Of a DNA stretch of 10,914 nt, positions 7,456 to 10,914 are shown piece by piece. The notes below the pieces were generated by a model that ran no database searches, was not told where the DNA came from, and worked only from the letters and a program-made list of their open reading frames with translations. Made by a program: the position numbers and the translations under genes. Each line of letters opens with the position of its first letter. Positions within the stretch are counted from its first letter, which is position 1. The DNA is from Candidatus Methylomirabilia bacterium (GTDB lineage Bacteria > Methylomirabilota > Methylomirabilia > Rokubacteriales > CSP1-6): positions 1 through 10,914 of the forward strand of contig JBGQEL010000136.1 of NCBI GenBank assembly GCA_041496385.1, written 5' to 3'.

Positions 7456-8307
7456 ATGAGCTGGATCGACCAGGCCTTCCCACGGACGGCGACGCCCTCC
7501 CCCCTCGTCGGACGCGTGCTCGGGCTGAACCCCGGAATGATGACGGGGCCCGGCACCAACACCTACCTCGTGGGCGGACGCGACCCGATCCTCATCGACA
7601 CGGGCGCGGGCGTGCCCGACTACGTGCCGCTCATGGAGCGCTATCTCGGCGAGCGCGGCTTCACCCAGCCCTCGCGCGTGATCCTCACGCACCGGCACCG
7701 CGATCACATGGGTGGCGTCGATCAGCTCCGCGGGCGCTTCAAGGGCCTGCGCGTCGCGAAGATGGTCCACCGGGACAGCGGCCTTCCCGAGCCGATGGAC
7801 GACCTGCGCGACGGCCAGACGGTGGAGGGCGAGGGGGTCACGCTGATCCCGATCCACACGCCGGGCCACGCCTCCGATCACCTCTGCTACTACCTGGTCG
7901 AGGAAAAAGCGCTCTTCACGGGGGATGTCATCCTCGGCGGGTCGACGACGGTCATCCCCTCCGAGGACGGAGACCTCGTCGACTATCTGGACTCCCTCCG
8001 TCGTCTTCAGCGCCTCGATCTTCGCCGTATCTACCCCGCGCACGGTCCCGTCATCGAGGACGCGCCCGCGAAGATCCAGGAGTACATCGACCACCGGATG
8101 CTGCGCGAGCGGCAGATCCTCGAGGCGCTCGGCGACGGACTCCCGACGATCCCCGCGATGGTGGAGCGGATCTACGCCGAGGTGCCGAAGGCGCTCCACC
8201 CGACGGCGGCCATGTCCGTCGAGTCGCACCTGAAGAAGCTGAAGAAGGAAGGGCGCGTGCGCGAGACCGTCGTGAAGGACGCGCCCTCGCGCTGGGCGCT
8301 GGTCTAG
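7456..8307 (+). CDS. Metallo-beta-lactamase-fold hydrolase, LACTB2-like, with a C-terminal winged-helix domain
   Basis: LGLNPGMMTGPGTNTYLVG, THRHRDHMGG (HxHxDH), TPGHASDH, LFTGD, YPAHG and YIDHRMLRERQIL, then a winged-helix-like tail MVERIY...SVESHLKKLKKEGRV. Confidence 0.88.
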   Translation: MSWIDQAFPRTATPSPLVGRVLGLNPGMMTGPGTNTYLVGGRDPILIDTGAGVPDYVPLMERYLGERGFTQPSRVILTHRHRDHMGGVDQLRGRFKGLRVAKMVHRDSGLPEPMDDLRDGQTVEGEGVTLIPIHTPGHASDHLCYYLVEEKALFTGDVILGGSTTVIPSEDGDLVDYLDSLRRLQRLDLRRIYPAHGPVIEDAPAKIQEYIDHRMLRERQILEALGDGLPTIPAMVERIYAEVPKALHPTAAMSVESHLKKLKKEGRVRETVVKDAPSRWALV

Positions 8308-9035
8308 CCGCGCCGCCGCTCGCCGGCCTCGGCGACGAGGGCGGCGAAGAGGTTGCGCGCGGCCGCGTCGCGCAGGACGAGCTCCTCCGGGTGCCACTGC
8401 ACGCCGACCAGGAAACGCCGCGCGTCCTCGTGCTCGGCGGCCTCGATGACCCCGTCGGGCGCCCAGGCGACCTCGCGCAGGCCGCGGCCGAGGGTCTCGA
8501 TCGCCTGGTGGTGCATGCTGTTCACGCGAAGCTCGAGGCCCCCGAGAATCGTTCCGAGCCGCGTGCCCTCGCCCAGCACCTTCACGTCGTGCGTCGGCTC
8601 GTCGCGGGGCTCCCTCTGGCTGTGCGCGATCGGGCTCCCCCTCTGGTCGGCGATGTCCTGGCAGAGGCTTCCACCGAGCGCGACGTTCACGACCTGCAGG
8701 CCGCGGCAGATCGCGAAGAGCGGCACGCGCTCCTCGAGCGCCCGGTGGACGAGCCCGAGCTCGAGCGCGTCGCGCGACTCGGACACCTCGACCGTGAGCG
8801 GATGGCGCGGCTCCGCGAAGTGCGCGGGGTCGACGTCGCCGCCGCCCGTGAGGACGAGCCCGTCGAGACGCGGCCAGAGCGCGGCGAGCGCGTCCCCGTC
8901 GAGCTGCGGCGGCAGGAGCAGGGGAACGCCGCCCGCCTGCTGGACAGCGCGCAGGTACGCCGTGTTCACGTACGCGCGCTCGGGGTGCGCGCCGACGGTG
9001 ATCGACGTCGAGACGCCGATGAGCGGCGCGGCCAT
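8304..9035 (-). CDS. Peptidase C26 / class I glutamine amidotransferase-like hydrolase (gamma-glutamyl-gamma-aminobutyrate hydrolase, PuuD-like)
   Basis: 243 aa from ATG 9035 (MAAPLIGVST), the C-terminal part of the track ORF 8304..10418. Motifs LDGLVLTGGGDVDP, FAICRGLQVVNVALGGSL (Cys nucleophile), VNSMHHQAI and VQWHPE (His-Glu). Confidence 0.92.
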   Translation of the reverse strand: MAAPLIGVSTSITVGAHPERAYVNTAYLRAVQQAGGVPLLLPPQLDGDALAALWPRLDGLVLTGGGDVDPAHFAEPRHPLTVEVSESRDALELGLVHRALEERVPLFAICRGLQVVNVALGGSLCQDIADQRGSPIAHSQREPRDEPTHDVKVLGEGTRLGTILGGLELRVNSMHHQAIETLGRGLREVAWAPDGVIEAAEHEDARRFLVGVQWHPEELVLRDAAARNLFAALVAEAGERRRG

Positions 9036-9042
9036 GGCAGTG

Positions 9043-9051
9043 AGCCTAGCA
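9043..9051 (-). promoter_or_regulatory. Putative extended -10 promoter (TG-C-TAGGCT), leaderless, for the C26 hydrolase
   Basis: The minus strand reads TGCTAGGCT-CACTGCC-ATG, i.e. 7 nt from the -10 to the start codon, with no SD. Confidence 0.55.
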
Positions 9052-9077
9052 CGGCCGCCGGGCGGGGCGGCGCGGAG

Positions 9078-9086
9078 TGGTAAGAT
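9078..9086 (+). promoter_or_regulatory. Putative extended -10 promoter (TG-G-TAAGAT), near-leaderless, for the GGT-family gene
   Basis: TGGTAAGAT, then 9 nt, then ATG 9096, with no SD in between. Confidence 0.55.
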
Positions 9087-9095
9087 AGCCACCCC

Positions 9096-10850
9096 ATGAG
9101 CCTCGACTCCGCCTCCTCGCAGCAGACCGGGCCCGCACACGCGCCGACGTCCACCGTCCAGGTCATCGGGACGCGCTGGGCGGTCGCGGCGGGCCACGCG
9201 CTGGCCTCGGAAGCCGCCGCGAGCGTGCTCGCGGCGGGCGGCAACGCCATCGATGCGGGCGTCGCCGCGGGTCTCACCCTCGGCGTCGTCCACTGCGACA
9301 TGGTGAGCGTCGCGGGCGTGGCGCCGATCCTCGTCCACGTGGCGCGGACGGGGGAGACGTGGGAGGTCTCCGGCGTCGGGCCCTACCCGCGCACCTCGAG
9401 CGTGGCGTACTTCCGCGAGAAGCACGGAGGCCAGATCCCGCCGGGCCTCGCGCGGACGGTCGTGCCGGCGGCGCCCGCAGCCTGGCTCACGGCGCTCGAG
9501 CGCTGGGGGACGATGTCCTTCGCCGACGTCGCGACCGCGGCCACGGGGCACGCCGAGCGCGGCTTCCCGCTCTCGATCTTCTCCGCGTTCCAGATGGGCT
9601 CGAACGCCGACAAGTACCGGCGCTGGCCGACGTCGGCGGCGCTCTATCTGAAAGATGGGCGCGCGTACCGGACGGGCGAGATCCTCGTGCAGCGCGAGCT
9701 CGGCGAGACGCTCCGGCGGATGGCGCGCGCCGAGGCGAAGGCCGGCGACCACCGCGAGGCGGGGATCCGCGCGGCGCGCGACGAGTTCTACCGCGGCGAG
9801 ACGGCGAAGCGGATCGCCGAGTTCCACCGTGCCGAGGGCGGGCCGCTCGCCTACGAGGACCTCGCCGGGTTCAGCGTGGAGATCGCGCCCGCGCTCCGGA
9901 CCCGCTTCGACGACTACGAGATCGCGGCGTGCGGCTTCTGGTGCCAGGGCCCCGTGCTCCTGCAGATCTTCAACCTGCTCGAAGGCGTGGACCTGAAATC
10001 GCTCGGCCACAATTCGGCCGCGTATCTCCACCGTCTCGTGGAGACGATCAAGCTCGCCTTCGCCGACCGGGACGCCTACTACGGCGACCCGCGCTTCGTG
10101 ACGGTACCCGCCGACGGGCTCCTCTCGAAGGCGTACGCGGAGGCCCGGCGCGCGCTCGTCGGCGAGCGGGCCTGGCCCGACATGCCGCCCGCCGGCGATC
10201 TCCTCCGCCCCGGCGTCGAGCGCCGCCGCGAGGCGGCCCTGCCCCTCGCGGGCGGGTCGGGAGATCACCTCGACACCAGCTACGTCGCGGTCGTGGACGA
10301 GGAGGGCAACGGCTTCTCGGCCACGCCGAGCGATCCCAACGTCGACTCGCCCGTCGTCGCCGGCGTCGGCTGCGTCGTCTCGCCGCGCGGCTCGCAGGGC
10401 TGGCTCGAGCCCGGGCATCCGAGCGTCGTCGCGCCGGGCAAGCGGCCCAGGCTCACGCCCGCGCCCGCCATGGCGTTCCGGGACGGCAGGCTCTTCATGC
10501 CGTTCGGCACCCCGGGCGGCGACGTCCAGCAGCAGGCCATGCTCCAGGTGTTCCTGAACACGACGGTATTCGGGATGGAGCTCCAGCGCGCCGTCGAGGC
10601 GCCGCGCGTGGCCTCACGGAGCTTCCCCGACTCGTTCTGGCCGCACGCCCACGCGCCCGGGAAGCTCGAGGTGGAGCGCCGGCTTCCGGAGGACACGCGC
10701 GCCGCGCTCGCGGGGCTCGGCCACGCCATCGCCGAATGGCCCGACTGGGAGTGGCGCGCGGGCTCGGTCTGCGCGGTGCAGGTCGGCGCCGACGGCACGC
10801 GCTGGGCCGGCGCCGACCCCCGCCGCGGCTCGCACGCCATCGCCCGGTAG
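9096..10850 (+). CDS. Gamma-glutamyltransferase-family Ntn hydrolase, cytoplasmic and non-canonical
   Basis: 584 aa. Motifs GGNAIDAGVAA, DEFYRGETA, IKLAFADRDAYYGDP, the autoproteolysis site D-T394-SYVAVVDEEGN, PGKRPR, FGTPGGDVQ, AVEAPR and GADPRR. No signal peptide is evident. Confidence 0.92.
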   Translation: MSLDSASSQQTGPAHAPTSTVQVIGTRWAVAAGHALASEAAASVLAAGGNAIDAGVAAGLTLGVVHCDMVSVAGVAPILVHVARTGETWEVSGVGPYPRTSSVAYFREKHGGQIPPGLARTVVPAAPAAWLTALERWGTMSFADVATAATGHAERGFPLSIFSAFQMGSNADKYRRWPTSAALYLKDGRAYRTGEILVQRELGETLRRMARAEAKAGDHREAGIRAARDEFYRGETAKRIAEFHRAEGGPLAYEDLAGFSVEIAPALRTRFDDYEIAACGFWCQGPVLLQIFNLLEGVDLKSLGHNSAAYLHRLVETIKLAFADRDAYYGDPRFVTVPADGLLSKAYAEARRALVGERAWPDMPPAGDLLRPGVERRREAALPLAGGSGDHLDTSYVAVVDEEGNGFSATPSDPNVDSPVVAGVGCVVSPRGSQGWLEPGHPSVVAPGKRPRLTPAPAMAFRDGRLFMPFGTPGGDVQQQAMLQVFLNTTVFGMELQRAVEAPRVASRSFPDSFWPHAHAPGKLEVERRLPEDTRAALAGLGHAIAEWPDWEWRAGSVCAVQVGADGTRWAGADPRRGSHAIAR

Positions 10851-10851
10851 C

Positions 10852-10914
10852 GTGACGCTCTCCGCGCCCATCGCGGTCGACGACCTCTCCAAGTTCTACC
10901 CGACGCGCGACGCG
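10852..10914 (+). CDS. Probable ABC transporter ATP-binding protein (TauB/SsuB-like N-terminus), truncated by the window end
   Basis: GTG 1 nt after the GGT stop gives MTLSAPIAVDDLSKFYPTRDA. IxVxxLSKxY is typical of the first strands of ABC ATPases, but only 21 codons are visible. Confidence 0.55.
   Translation, partial: MTLSAPIAVDDLSKFYPTRDA

Noticed and set aside
7456..8307. Possible class B beta-lactamase resistance gene
   Set aside because: No signal peptide, and the NPGxMTGPGTNTY motif and winged-helix tail indicate the LACTB2-like group.
9036..10418. Apparent long N-terminal extension of the C26 protein (704-aa ORF)
   Set aside because: The extension is antisense to the GGT gene. The C26 fold begins at MAAPLIGV (9035), preceded by a promoter-like motif.

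Overview
High-GC, gene-dense bacterial window with no RNA genes, CRISPR array or transposase. Contents from left to right: (1) the 5' part of a minus-strand PIG-L/LmbE-family deacetylase that the ORF track missed; (2) an orphan COG2984-type substrate-binding protein with atypical codon usage, bracketed by short inverted repeats; (3) a 4-hydroxybenzoyl-CoA-type thioesterase and a LigB-family (class III) extradiol dioxygenase; (4) a complete LivKHMGF-type ABC importer whose binding protein resembles the aromatic-acid-binding subgroup; (5) a LACTB2-like metallo-beta-lactamase-fold hydrolase; (6) a divergent pair of gamma-glutamyl-related hydrolases, one peptidase C26/PuuD-like and one non-canonical cytoplasmic GGT-family Ntn hydrolase, apparently driven by back-to-back leaderless extended -10 promoters; (7) the first 21 codons of another probable ABC ATPase. 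The most interesting hypothesis, which is inference only, is an uncharacterised uptake, deconjugation and ring-cleavage module for amide- or thioester-conjugated (possibly amino-) aromatic compounds. The style of the COG2984 protein and the GC content suggest Candidatus Rokubacteria/Methylomirabilota, but this is unverified. All family calls come from motif recognition, not from database searches.
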